Below are positions 41,433 through 51,003 of a DNA stretch of 64,000 nucleotides, piece after piece (positions within the stretch are counted from its first letter, which is position 1; each line of letters begins with the position of its first letter). Under the pieces are notes generated by a model. That model was not told where the DNA came from and ran no database searches. It saw only the letters and a list, made by a program, of their open reading frames with translations. Made by a program: the position numbers and the translations under genes. The stretch spans positions 2,403 to 66,402 of the forward strand of contig JAEDCY010000008.1 of NCBI GenBank assembly GCA_016293915.1. The letters are read 5' to 3'. This DNA comes from Treponema sp. GTDB lineage: Bacteria; Spirochaetota; Spirochaetia; Treponematales; Treponemataceae.

Positions 41433-42056
41433 ATGAATATGTTCAATTCACTTACTGGAATCATTACAGGAAAATTTCCAAAACAGGTTTTTATAGATAC
41501 AAATGGTGTTGAATGGGATTTATGTGTTCCTGATTCTAATCTTGATATGCTGCCGCCGGTTGGCAATGAGGCAAAGATTTATACATATCTTCAGCATACA
41601 GACCAGCTGATGTCTCTTTATGGTTTTGCTAGCAGTGACGAGAGAAGTGTTTTTTTAGACTTGCTTAAGGTTGATGGTGTAGGCCCTAAGGGAGCCGTGA
41701 AAATCATGAGTGCAGTTTCAAGTTCACGTCTGCTTGATGTGCTTGAAAAAGGTGACCTTGAGATGCTGGAAAAAATTCCTGGGGTTGGTAAAAAAACTGC
41801 CGGTAAGATGATGCTTACTTTGAAAGGTAAACTTAAAATCAGCGAAAGTGCAGGGGACCTCGTTCGTGTTTCTGCTGCAAGTCCTTATGCAGATGTAGTT
41901 ATGTCTCTTGCAAGTATGGGCTATGATAAAAAACTTGTTGAACAGAAGGTCGCACAATTGGTTGAAATACTAACTAACGATAGTTCGTTTGCAGGCAAAG
42001 GTCAAAAAGAACGGGAAGATATTATATTCCGTCGTGCTATTGTTGAGCTTGCCTAA
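41433..42056 (+). CDS. ruvA: Holliday junction branch migration complex subunit RuvA
   Basis: LTGIITGK..., HhH motifs LLKVDGVGPKGAVKI and LEKIPGVGKKTAGKM. Confidence 0.93.
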   Translation: MNMFNSLTGIITGKFPKQVFIDTNGVEWDLCVPDSNLDMLPPVGNEAKIYTYLQHTDQLMSLYGFASSDERSVFLDLLKVDGVGPKGAVKIMSAVSSSRLLDVLEKGDLEMLEKIPGVGKKTAGKMMLTLKGKLKISESAGDLVRVSAASPYADVVMSLASMGYDKKLVEQKVAQLVEILTNDSSFAGKGQKEREDIIFRRAIVELA

Positions 42057-42103
42057 AATAGTAAATGCGTAATGGCTTTTTATAGTATGCTGAGGATTTG
42101 AAA

Positions 42104-43141
42104 ATGAACGAGAATGAAGACTTTTCTGCAATTGTACGTGCGGACTTAAAAGATAGTTTTGATGAACAGGATAACAAATTACGCCCAAATATGCTCAAGG
42201 ATTTTCTTGGGCAGGAGAATGTAAAGAAAAATCTTTCTACCTTCATTGAGGCAGCAAAGCTTCGCGAAGAACCTCTTGATCATCTTTTGCTTATCGGTCC
42301 GCCAGGTCTTGGAAAAACAACTCTTGCGCAGATTACAGCTCATGAACTTGGAGTTGATTTTAAAGTAACAAGCGCACCGGCCCTCGATAAACCAAAAGAT
42401 CTTGCCGGTATTCTTTCGACTATTACGCCGAGAACTGTTTTTTTTATTGATGAAATTCACCGATTAAAGCCTGCTATCGAAGAAATGCTTTACATAGCGA
42501 TGGAGGATTTTGAGCTGGACTGGATTATAGGACAGGGGGCAGCAGCACGTACTGTTCGAATTCCAATTCCACCTTTTACTCTGGTTGGAGCAACGACTAA
42601 GGCAGGTTCAGTTTCGAGCCCGCTCCGTTCCCGTTTCGGCTTTATTCCCCGCTTTGAGTTTTATTCACAAAAAGAACTTGCTTCTATTATAAAGCGTTCT
42701 GCTTCAATTCTGGAAATTGGTATTGATGATGATGCGGCTATGCTGCTGGCTCAATGCTGTCGGGGAACTCCTCGTGTAGCAAATCGTGTACTTCGCCGTA
42801 TGCGGGATTTTGCTCAGGTTTCCGGAAGTCCGGTTATTACAGTTGACATTGTAGACGGTGGTTTAAAGCGTCTTGAAATTGACGAAATGGGGCTTGAAAA
42901 GTACGACCGCGAAATTCTTCGTTCGATTATTGAGAACTTTGGAGGCGGCCCGGTTGGAGCTGAAACCCTCGCAATTTCTATCGGCGAAAGTATGGATACC
43001 CTGGAAGATTATTACGAGCCGTATTTAATTCAGTGTGGACTGCTCCAGAGAACTCCGCGTGGCCGCATGGTAACAGAAAAAGCATATAGTCATCTTGGAT
43101 TATCCCATGCATCAGATTCAAATCAAGGAAGTCTCTTCTAA
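42104..43141 (+). CDS. ruvB: Holliday junction DNA helicase RuvB
   Basis: LRPNMLKDFLGQ, GPPGLGKTTLA, FIDEIHRL and GTPRVANRVLRR. Confidence 0.96.
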   Translation: MNENEDFSAIVRADLKDSFDEQDNKLRPNMLKDFLGQENVKKNLSTFIEAAKLREEPLDHLLLIGPPGLGKTTLAQITAHELGVDFKVTSAPALDKPKDLAGILSTITPRTVFFIDEIHRLKPAIEEMLYIAMEDFELDWIIGQGAAARTVRIPIPPFTLVGATTKAGSVSSPLRSRFGFIPRFEFYSQKELASIIKRSASILEIGIDDDAAMLLAQCCRGTPRVANRVLRRMRDFAQVSGSPVITVDIVDGGLKRLEIDEMGLEKYDREILRSIIENFGGGPVGAETLAISIGESMDTLEDYYEPYLIQCGLLQRTPRGRMVTEKAYSHLGLSHASDSNQGSLF

Positions 43142-43148
43142 AAGGTTT

Positions 43149-43231
43149 GTCACACGGATTCGAAATGCCTAACGGCATTTCATAAATAATTATAAATGGA
43201 TTTTGCGTTAGCAAAATCGAATCCGTGTGAC
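43149..43231. repeat. Family C repeat (copy 1): 15-bp terminal inverted repeats enclosing two small hairpins
   Basis: GTCACACGGATTCGA ... TCGAATCCGTGTGAC with internal hairpins aaatgcc-taa-cggcattt and ttttgcg-tta-gcaaaa. Homologous, in inverted orientation, to 50843-50924. Confidence 0.8.
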
Positions 43232-43276
43232 AATTATATATAGTTAAGAGTCTGTTTTTGTGATATTATACCTCTC

Positions 43277-44359
43277 ATGTTAACATCTGATTTTAATTTT
43301 GATTTGCCCGAAGATTTGATAGCTCAGCATCCGAGTGGAGTACGTGGACAGGATAAACTTATGCTTTTGAATCGTGCTACCGGAGAGGTAGAGCATCACA
43401 TGATGGATGATCTTCCTGATTTAATTGAGCCGGGTACCCTCATGATTTTTAATAACAGCCGTGTTCGCCGTGCCCGCGTTTACGGTATAAAAGAAACTAC
43501 CGGCCGTGAAACTGAATTCATGTTCCTCAATACAATCGATAAAGAATGCTGCATCTGGAATACTATGGTAAAGTCTGCAAAAAAACAGAAGCCTGGAATG
43601 CATTATAAATTCCCGGATGGTACTGTCGCAGAAATTATTGAACACGAAGGAAATGCCGGAACAGAATTCCGTGCCCTTAAGTTTGATTTTGCTATTGATG
43701 AAGACTGGTTTGAAAGAAACGGTCATATACCCCTTCCTCCGTATATTAAGCGTGGTGACACAGAAGAAGATTCAGAACGCTATCAGAATGTTTATGCGAC
43801 AAATACTGGTTCTGCTGCCTGCCCGACAGCTGGCCTTCATTTTACAGAAGAGATGCTGGCCCGGCTGGATGCCAAGGGAATTGAACGCCGCTTTGTAACG
43901 CTTCATGTAGGCCTTGGAACATTTCTCCCTGTTCGCGAAGAAAATATTGAAAATCATAAAATGCACGAAGAATGGTACACTGTTCCAAAAGAAACTGCAG
44001 ACGCCATCAATAAGGCTAAGGCAGAAGGCCGCCCAATTCTTGCAGTCGGAACAACAAGTGTACGTACCCTCGAAAGTGTTGCTCAGAAACTTGCTGATGA
44101 AGCAGGTGGTTTCGACGAACTCAATCACCGTAAAGAATGGGTTAGAGCCGGTACAAATTCAACAAGCATTTTCATGTATCCGGGCTTTAAGTTTAAGGTT
44201 GTAGATAAAATGTTTACAAACTTCCATACACCCGAAAGTACTTTGATTATGCTGGTTTCTGCCTTTGCCGGACGTGAACATATTCTGGAGGCATATAAAC
44301 AGGCTGTTTCTGAAAGATATCGATTTTTTTCATATGGAGACTGCATGTTTATAAGATAA
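43277..44359 (+). CDS. queA: S-adenosylmethionine:tRNA ribosyltransferase-isomerase
   Basis: FDLPEDLIAQHP, IPLPPYIKR, SAACPTAGLHFT and VGTTSVRTLES. Confidence 0.95.
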   Translation: MLTSDFNFDLPEDLIAQHPSGVRGQDKLMLLNRATGEVEHHMMDDLPDLIEPGTLMIFNNSRVRRARVYGIKETTGRETEFMFLNTIDKECCIWNTMVKSAKKQKPGMHYKFPDGTVAEIIEHEGNAGTEFRALKFDFAIDEDWFERNGHIPLPPYIKRGDTEEDSERYQNVYATNTGSAACPTAGLHFTEEMLARLDAKGIERRFVTLHVGLGTFLPVREENIENHKMHEEWYTVPKETADAINKAKAEGRPILAVGTTSVRTLESVAQKLADEAGGFDELNHRKEWVRAGTNSTSIFMYPGFKFKVVDKMFTNFHTPESTLIMLVSAFAGREHILEAYKQAVSERYRFFSYGDCMFIR

Positions 44360-44361
44360 GA

Positions 44362-44439
44362 GGGGCGTTGCGGGGTGTCCCCGCAGGGTGGGTAGCGAGC
44401 AACGAAGTGCGAGCGTAGGGCGGGGCTCCGCCCTCCTTA
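44362..44439. repeat. GC-rich repeat (family D-related) ending in hairpin agggcgg-ggct-ccgccct
   Basis: Shares ggggcgttg.gggg.tgt.ccc.gca and an exact 27-mer gcgtagggcggggctccgccctcctta with 57885-58022. The last 3 nt are the stop codon of the FAD-subunit gene. Confidence 0.75.
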
Positions 44440-45234
44440 AGTCAACTGTTCAAAGCTGTAACGTGCCAGATTAAAAAACTGCTGACGCATAACATCGGTA
44501 ATCATTTGGTCGGTTGCGGCTTTTTGAAACTGCTCAGCTACAACATCTTCAAGCTGTGAAATATCTTTTTGTGTAAGTGGCAGACGATGTCCACTCATGT
44601 AGTTTTCAAATTCTTTGCTATGGAATGTAAAAGGTCCAGCGAAGGCAAGATGTACGTTTAAAAGTGAGTTTTTCTCTGTGTCTGCAAGAAAAGCAAAAGA
44701 TGCAGATTGCTGTGTGATTGAGTGCTCGGGACCAATTCGACGGAAAATCGAAAGCTCTGCATCTACAAGAGGAATACGTATATTGGATAGAATAAAACCT
44801 TCTGGTACGCTTTTAAAATATCTGATATTTTCAGTTTTGGTTTCTGTCTGGTTTTTAAACTCAAGTTTAGCATCAAGTGCCATAAGAGGTGCGAATAAAG
44901 TAAGCTTGTGATTTTCTGAACAGATGTTTCCTCCGATAGTTGCAGTATTTCTTATAATCGGATTTGCAATACAATTTAGGGCTTCGTAAATTATTGAAGG
45001 AAGATGAGTCTGACCTATTGCAAGAATCTCAGAAAGAGTGGCACCAGGACCAACATCTATATAACGCTCGTGTCTTGAGATATGAGAAAGGTCTTTTATA
45101 CCTCGTGTAGAAATAAATTTTTCTGGAAGACTTTCAATTCGTGTGCAGCCACCTACAACTTTAGTTCCAGGATTATTATTCAGGATTTTTATAAGTTCTG
45201 CAGCATTTTTTGCATATAGTATTGTTTTTCCCAT
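44437..45234 (-). CDS. xanthine dehydrogenase-family FAD-binding subunit (CoxM/XdhB-like)
   Basis: FAD_binding_5-type pattern, including IRNTATIGGNI. Confidence 0.8.
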   Translation of the reverse strand: MGKTILYAKNAAELIKILNNNPGTKVVGGCTRIESLPEKFISTRGIKDLSHISRHERYIDVGPGATLSEILAIGQTHLPSIIYEALNCIANPIIRNTATIGGNICSENHKLTLFAPLMALDAKLEFKNQTETKTENIRYFKSVPEGFILSNIRIPLVDAELSIFRRIGPEHSITQQSASFAFLADTEKNSLLNVHLAFAGPFTFHSKEFENYMSGHRLPLTQKDISQLEDVVAEQFQKAATDQMITDVMRQQFFNLARYSFEQLT

Positions 45235-45247
45235 ATTGTCCTCTTAA

Positions 45248-45724
45248 TTAACCCCTCATTTGTCTCTTGTTAAAAATTTGAACAGAATAAAGGATTCCAT
45301 TTACAAGAGTTTCTAGATCTGTACAGCAGGGAGAAAGTGCTTTTACATAATCTGCAATTTCTTCTCTTTTTGGCATTTTTGGAGATTTTAAAATCTGATA
45401 GGCAGAAAAAACTTTACCTGCCGTACAATAGCCGCAGAGTTTTATTCCGGCTTTCTGGAAGCCGGCCATTATAATTGAATATTCTTCAGTTTTTGTAAAA
45501 TAATCAAGAGTAACAATGTCGCTGTTGCGGACTATTCCAGCCGGGATTTTACAGGAAGCTGCCGGGTGATCATCAAGCAGAATTGTGCAGGAACCACAGA
45601 AACCACTGCTGCATCCGCTTTTTACAGAAATGCAGCCGTTTTTGTGGAGAACTTTCATAAGAGATTCATCTGCATGAGCATCAAGAATGGTTTTTGTTCC
45701 GTTTAGAGTTACTGGTATTTTCAT
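45248..45724 (-). CDS. xanthine dehydrogenase-family [2Fe-2S] subunit
   Basis: Two Cys clusters: GCSSGFCGSCTILLDDHPAASC, and LCGYCTAGKV with SPCC. Confidence 0.8.
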   Translation of the reverse strand: MKIPVTLNGTKTILDAHADESLMKVLHKNGCISVKSGCSSGFCGSCTILLDDHPAASCKIPAGIVRNSDIVTLDYFTKTEEYSIIMAGFQKAGIKLCGYCTAGKVFSAYQILKSPKMPKREEIADYVKALSPCCTDLETLVNGILYSVQIFNKRQMRG

Positions 45725-48018
45725 TCTGAAGCTCCTGTCTCTTCTGGATTTTTTACTTCAACCTTTTCTTTAGTGCGATCACGTATCAGCTGGAAAAGAA
45801 GATCTTCTGTACAGGGAATTTCTGTAAGCTGTGTTGTAAGTGCCAGCGATAGGGCTGAAGAGAATGCTGCTGGTAGAGAGTTATGAATTAATCCGCCTAC
45901 CTGTCCAGAACGGTTTTCAGATTTAATAAAGCTTATATTGATTGCATCGCAGGAAATAGTCTTTCCTTTTACAAGCATTGTAAGTTCCTGCTGAATTTCA
46001 AGACGGATTGTTCTTATAGCTGCAGCTTCATCAAATAATTCTCCGCAATCAACGGTTACCCAGATTCCTTTAATTTTTTCATTGTAAGTATATGTGTCAA
46101 GTTCAACTTCCACAACTGTAGTTATAAAAGAAGTTGTGTAGAATGGTGTTCCAGAGAATTTGTCTTTATCCCATTTTGATTTTTGAGTAAGTGCTCCACC
46201 GCGCTTTGCTGTAATTGGCAGCGGCTGGTGAAAACGTTTCTTTTGAATGTCACTACAGCATTTTTTTACAAGCTCGTTCATAATACTGATGGAACTGTAA
46301 GAATTTTCAGGTTGTTCTGGAATCTGGTTGTATGCATAGTCAGAATCTATCTGAATATTCTGTTTGGAAATTTGAAGAATTTCTGAGGCTGAGTTTTTCC
46401 ATATATCCTGAATTACTTCCGAAGGTTTTATAGAATGTATTACAAGTTTTTCATCTGCACTAAGAGTTATTTCAACCTTTGTATCATTTGAAAAACCAGA
46501 TTGTCCATAATATCCGGATGGAATATAGGCTGTTGCAACACCAATTCCGCGCAGAGGCAGGGCAAAGAAAGGTTTGCTGTCTTTTTCAGCACGGTCAATT
46601 GCTTCCATATGAAATGATGCATATTTGCGGTTAAAGTCACTTTGCTTAAGAGCGGTCTGAATAACAGATTGAATGTCACCAGTTGGAATTGAAAAAGGAA
46701 AATCTTTTGTTTTTGTTTTAGATTTTGTTTTTGTTTTTTCAATTTCAGTTTTAGCGTTCAAAAGTCTAAGTTCGTCAGGGAATATTTTAGATTGATTACT
46801 GATTTTCTGAATTTCATTTTCTATTGCAAAAAAAGCCTGTGATTCAATAATCTGCATTGAAATTGAAGTTGGTGGATTTTTAGAGGAATGAGCTTTAGCA
46901 CTAATGTAAAGATTTTCCGGTTTATAATAACTTGTTGCAGCAATTGCTATACGGTCTGTAATTTCCTGAGCAAAAGGATTTGAACAACCGATGTCTATAT
47001 CAATAAGTATTTTAAGAGCTATTAAATGCCCGTCTTTATCAAGAGCAGTGCGGTATGTAATTTCTGTAAGTACACCAGGAACCATATAGTTTTCCTGTTC
47101 GAACTGTGAAAGAACAAGTTTTACAGGCTTTTTTGTAAGCCATGATGCAATTGCAATTTGAACTGCCAGTTGTGTAGTGCGGGCTAATCCCGAAGGATAG
47201 ATTCCTGCTGTTTTTGTTTTGTGAATATATACATCTTCTTCACTTATTCCAAGTGCCAGAGCTACAGATTTCTGTGTAAAGCTTATCCATCGGGTTGGCG
47301 TAAAAACATGAATTTTATCGCCTTCGGTGTAAGCAAAAGCTCCTTCTGTTTCCTGCCATTTTGGAGTAAGCAGTTTTTCTTTCCAGGTGTCGGTAGAAGT
47401 AAAATCTGCGCTTTCAAAAAGTTTTGTGTCAGCCTGAGCTAACTCAAGTTTTTCATAAAGACCATATTTGATTTCACGGGAAGCCACAATGACATCAGCA
47501 TTATCTTCTACATGAGATTTATCGATTACGGCATCAAGAGAAGGCATCTCATTTATCTGTTCAACAAATTCCTTAAAGTTAGAAGCATCATCAGTTTGTT
47601 TGTTGATAACGTTGTTTAAGGCAGATTCAAGATTTTCAACATCAAAGGTTATGTTTACGGTATCAAGAAGTTTGTAAACCTGCTCCTCATCAGGTCCAAG
47701 AATGATTCCTACTGGTTCTCCGCTGTAAGAAACATTTCCATATCCAAAAATCTTGATTATGGTTTTATTTGCATTAAGAGTTTTTGATTCCGGAATATCA
47801 CGGTTAGTATATAAAAAATATCCTTCAGGTAAGTCTGGAGCTGAAATGCTTTTGATTTTTCCTGATGAAGCAGGGCTTCGTATTAGAGCTGCGTAAAGAC
47901 AATTTTCTTTTACTACATCGCTGTAAAAGCCGGTTGCTTCAAGAGAACGTAATTGTTTTTTTTGATCTGATTTTTTAACAGCCATTATGTTATGAATCTC
48001 TCCTGTTTTCATTTCCAA
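45721..48018 (-). CDS. xanthine dehydrogenase-family molybdopterin-binding large subunit homologue, apparently degenerate
   Basis: a/b-hammerhead-like N-terminus (LYAALIRSPASSGKIKSI), family-typical length, and operon position with the FeS and FAD subunits. No GGxFGxK loop or catalytic Glu motif was found by eye. The alternative start 47985 avoids the overlap with degT. Confidence 0.65.
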   Translation of the reverse strand: MEMKTGEIHNIMAVKKSDQKKQLRSLEATGFYSDVVKENCLYAALIRSPASSGKIKSISAPDLPEGYFLYTNRDIPESKTLNANKTIIKIFGYGNVSYSGEPVGIILGPDEEQVYKLLDTVNITFDVENLESALNNVINKQTDDASNFKEFVEQINEMPSLDAVIDKSHVEDNADVIVASREIKYGLYEKLELAQADTKLFESADFTSTDTWKEKLLTPKWQETEGAFAYTEGDKIHVFTPTRWISFTQKSVALALGISEEDVYIHKTKTAGIYPSGLARTTQLAVQIAIASWLTKKPVKLVLSQFEQENYMVPGVLTEITYRTALDKDGHLIALKILIDIDIGCSNPFAQEITDRIAIAATSYYKPENLYISAKAHSSKNPPTSISMQIIESQAFFAIENEIQKISNQSKIFPDELRLLNAKTEIEKTKTKSKTKTKDFPFSIPTGDIQSVIQTALKQSDFNRKYASFHMEAIDRAEKDSKPFFALPLRGIGVATAYIPSGYYGQSGFSNDTKVEITLSADEKLVIHSIKPSEVIQDIWKNSASEILQISKQNIQIDSDYAYNQIPEQPENSYSSISIMNELVKKCCSDIQKKRFHQPLPITAKRGGALTQKSKWDKDKFSGTPFYTTSFITTVVEVELDTYTYNEKIKGIWVTVDCGELFDEAAAIRTIRLEIQQELTMLVKGKTISCDAINISFIKSENRSGQVGGLIHNSLPAAFSSALSLALTTQLTEIPCTEDLLFQLIRDRTKEKVEVKNPEETGASE

Positions 48019-49234
48019 TTTTTATAACAGTATCAATTACAAGCTGGGCCTGTTCATCTGTCATATCCGGGAAGAGCGGAATCGAAATTGTATTATTGTA
48101 CTGTCTTTCTGCATTCGGAAAATTTTCTGCGGTAAAATCAGGGTAGAGTTTGCGCCAGTAAGTAAAATGAAAAATCGGTATAAAGTGGACTGAAATTCCT
48201 AATCCTGCTTCCTGCATTTTTTTTGCAAACTCTTCGCGGGTGATTTTAAGTTTTTCAGGTATAATGCGCATAAGATAAAGATGCCAGCTGTTGCCTTCGC
48301 CGTCTGGTGGTAAGCGGATAAAATCAAGCTTAGAGAAAGCCTTGTTATACATATCCACTATTCGTTTTCTCTGCTCATAAAAAAGCTGGGCCCGGTCTAC
48401 CTGACAGCAGCCGATGGCAGCAAGAATGTCAGGAAGATTAAATTTGTAGCCTGGTGCAATAATATCATATTCCCAGCTTGCCCGCGAAGAAGTGTAGCGG
48501 TCCCAGGTTGTGCGATCCATTCCATGCATACGCATAACCGTCATGCGGCGGGCTAGTTCAGAATCTCTTGTACAAACCATTCCGCCTTCTGCCGTTGTAA
48601 TTGTTTTTGTGACATAGAAAGAAAAAACTCCGGCATCACCGATTGTTCCTGCGTAACCGAGTTCTGTTGGAGACGGATACGAATGTGCAGCATCTTCAAT
48701 TACACGGATTTTATGTTCAGGAGTAGAATACTTTTGTGCGAGCTCCATAATACGGTGCATGTTGCAAACGTTTCCGGCAATATGAACAGGAACAATTGCG
48801 CGAACCCGGTGCTCTGTATCTTTTTTTAAGATCTCTTCAATTTTTACTGGATCAATACTGTAGTTGTCTTTTTCAACATCCGCAAAAAAAACATCTGCAT
48901 TTAAATGACGGGCACAGGCTGCCGTAGAAACAAAAGTGTAAGGCGTTGTGATTACGGCAGTTCCTTCTCGAACCCCACAGGCTTCCATTGCAAGTATCAT
49001 TCCACTCGTATTTGAGTTTACAGCAAGCGAAATTATTTCACTGTCTGAAAGAGAAAGTGCACGGCGGGCTTCTTTCATTTTGTCTGTGTCACTTACCGAG
49101 GCGCTAAACTTTTTTTCGAATTCCAGCGCGTATTTTCCGGTTGTGAGCCAGCCGCTTCGCAGTACATCAAGCACAGCATTTTCTTCATCTTTTGTGATAG
49201 CTGCTCTATGAAATGGAACTTTAATTTCTGCCAT
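47990..49234 (-). CDS. DegT/DnrJ/EryC1/StrS-family sugar aminotransferase (PglE/PseC-like)
   Basis: GWLTTGKY, the PLP-Lys region FSFYVTKTITTAEGGMV and the C-terminal ISIPLFPDMT. Confidence 0.88.
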   Translation of the reverse strand: MAEIKVPFHRAAITKDEENAVLDVLRSGWLTTGKYALEFEKKFSASVSDTDKMKEARRALSLSDSEIISLAVNSNTSGMILAMEACGVREGTAVITTPYTFVSTAACARHLNADVFFADVEKDNYSIDPVKIEEILKKDTEHRVRAIVPVHIAGNVCNMHRIMELAQKYSTPEHKIRVIEDAAHSYPSPTELGYAGTIGDAGVFSFYVTKTITTAEGGMVCTRDSELARRMTVMRMHGMDRTTWDRYTSSRASWEYDIIAPGYKFNLPDILAAIGCCQVDRAQLFYEQRKRIVDMYNKAFSKLDFIRLPPDGEGNSWHLYLMRIIPEKLKITREEFAKKMQEAGLGISVHFIPIFHFTYWRKLYPDFTAENFPNAERQYNNTISIPLFPDMTDEQAQLVIDTVIKIGNENRRDS

Positions 49235-49275
49235 TTATATTTCTTTCTCCTGTTTTTTCCATATAAATATAAACC

Positions 49276-50778
49276 CTATAATAAATCAGTACGAAGCTGG
49301 CCGTCTTTTTTGATTTCCTCGTAAAAGTCACGCAAACTTTCGCAGTCATCACATAAAAGCTTCACCAGAAGTGCTTTGTCACGAAATAGATTTTCCTTTC
49401 CTTTTGTGTAAAAACAAATTGGATGAAGCTCAGTAAGAAGTTTTTCAAGTCTTGAACTTTCATATTCTTTATTATCAAGCATGAAAAGCTTTTTGTATTT
49501 AGTCGGCTGCGGATTTTCTTCTTTAAGCCAGAGCGGTTCAATAAGGCGTTCTCCTTTGCGTGAGCCGACAATTTTTATATCAATATCTTTATAAGGTTCA
49601 AGACCGGAGAACTTAATAATCTGTTTTGCAAGTTCAATGATTTTTATAGGCTCACCCATGTCGAGTAAATATGATTTGCCGTTTTTGCCGACGCCGCCAG
49701 TCTGTAAAACAAGAGAACAGGCTTCGGGAATGGTCATGAAAAAGCGTTCCATTTTTTCATCGGTTACAGTAATTGGACCACCGGTTTTTATCTGATTCTG
49801 GAAAACCGGAAGAATAGAACCTCGGCTGCCAAGTACGTTGCCAAAGCGTACAAACATAAAGGACTGATTTTCTGTAGCGCGCTTAGCAGCGTCGAGCACA
49901 AGCTTTTCGCATATCATTTTTGAAACACCGTAAACGCTTACAGGCGCTACGGCCTTATCTGTAGAAATCAAAACGAAGCGGTCTACTTTGTGAGCCAGAG
50001 CTGCATCCAAAAGATTTTTTGTTCCAAATACATTGTTTTCAACTGCAGCAACCTGATTTTCTTCCATCATAGGAACATGCTTATAGGCCGCACAGTGGAA
50101 AATTACATTACACTTTGTCTGTCGTACAATGTAATCAACATATTCTCTGTCTCTCATGTCTCCAATAATAGGAACAATAGTAGCTTTTTCTCCGACTCCT
50201 TCTGCCTGTAAGAGTCTTAATTCACGGTATATTCTGCAAATAGAATTTTCGCCGTGACCAAAAAGATAAAGACGTTCAGCTCCACCGCTCAAAAGCTGCC
50301 TTGAAAGTTCCGAGCCAATTGAGCCACCTGCTCCAGTAATAAAAACACGTTTACCTCGTAAATATCCAAGACTTTCCTTTAATGAAATTGTAACAGGTGT
50401 TCGGCCAAGAATATCCAGCGGGTCAATTTCACGGGTTTGAACAAGATGGGCTGTTCCTTCAATTACCTGGCTTATTCCAGGCAGAATCTTAATATGATTA
50501 AAACCGTTTTGGGTAAGGGTTTCATAAATTTCACGGATTCGTTCGGTTGGGGCAGAAGGAATTGCAATGATTGCTTCATCAAGCTCTGAATTGGAAAGAA
50601 TAGAAGTTACACTGCTGATAGGACCCAGAACAGGAATTCCTTCTATTGTAGTTCCGATGATATCCTTGTTGTCATCAATAAATGCGTTTACTTTTCCAAA
50701 TATCTTTTTACGCTTGATATCATCGGCAATGGTTTGTCCTGCAAAGCCTGCGCCAATGATGTAAATACGTTTATCCAT
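49276..50778 (-). CDS. polysaccharide biosynthesis protein CapD/PglF-like NDP-sugar 4,6-dehydratase (soluble form)
   Basis: ITGAGGSIGSEL, HCAAYKHVPMME, STDKAVAPVSVYGVSK, and an N-terminal extra Rossmann-like domain IYIIGAGFAG. No N-terminal TM helices. Confidence 0.85.
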   Translation of the reverse strand: MDKRIYIIGAGFAGQTIADDIKRKKIFGKVNAFIDDNKDIIGTTIEGIPVLGPISSVTSILSNSELDEAIIAIPSAPTERIREIYETLTQNGFNHIKILPGISQVIEGTAHLVQTREIDPLDILGRTPVTISLKESLGYLRGKRVFITGAGGSIGSELSRQLLSGGAERLYLFGHGENSICRIYRELRLLQAEGVGEKATIVPIIGDMRDREYVDYIVRQTKCNVIFHCAAYKHVPMMEENQVAAVENNVFGTKNLLDAALAHKVDRFVLISTDKAVAPVSVYGVSKMICEKLVLDAAKRATENQSFMFVRFGNVLGSRGSILPVFQNQIKTGGPITVTDEKMERFFMTIPEACSLVLQTGGVGKNGKSYLLDMGEPIKIIELAKQIIKFSGLEPYKDIDIKIVGSRKGERLIEPLWLKEENPQPTKYKKLFMLDNKEYESSRLEKLLTELHPICFYTKGKENLFRDKALLVKLLCDDCESLRDFYEEIKKDGQLRTDLL

Positions 50779-50842
50779 TTTCCCAACCCTTTTGGTTATT
50801 TTATCACATGCTAACTGATTTCGCAATGATACGATTAAAATG

Positions 50843-50924
50843 TGCACACGGATTCGATTTTCCTACGGAAAATCCATGAAATATATAAAAATGAAACGAC
50901 GTAGTCGTTTCGAATCCGTGTGAC
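50843..50924. repeat. Family C repeat (copy 2)
   Basis: GTGCACACGGATTCGA ... TCGAATCCGTGTGAC with internal hairpins ttttcc-tac-ggaaaa and aaacgac-gta-gtcgttt. Stems are compensated relative to copy 1. Confidence 0.8.
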
Positions 50925-51003
50925 AAAATTAAAAAATATCTAAACTCACTTTTAATTTTTTCCGATGAAGATATTGATAGTCGAATAATATTCGGGGTGT
51001 TCT

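Noticed and set aside
50900-50924. tRNA-like T-loop sequence (gtttcgaatcc) in family C repeats
   Set aside because: No acceptor stem, D-arm or anticodon arm can be drawn around it. The similarity is limited to about 10 nt, and I found no tRNA, rRNA or tmRNA gene anywhere in the window.
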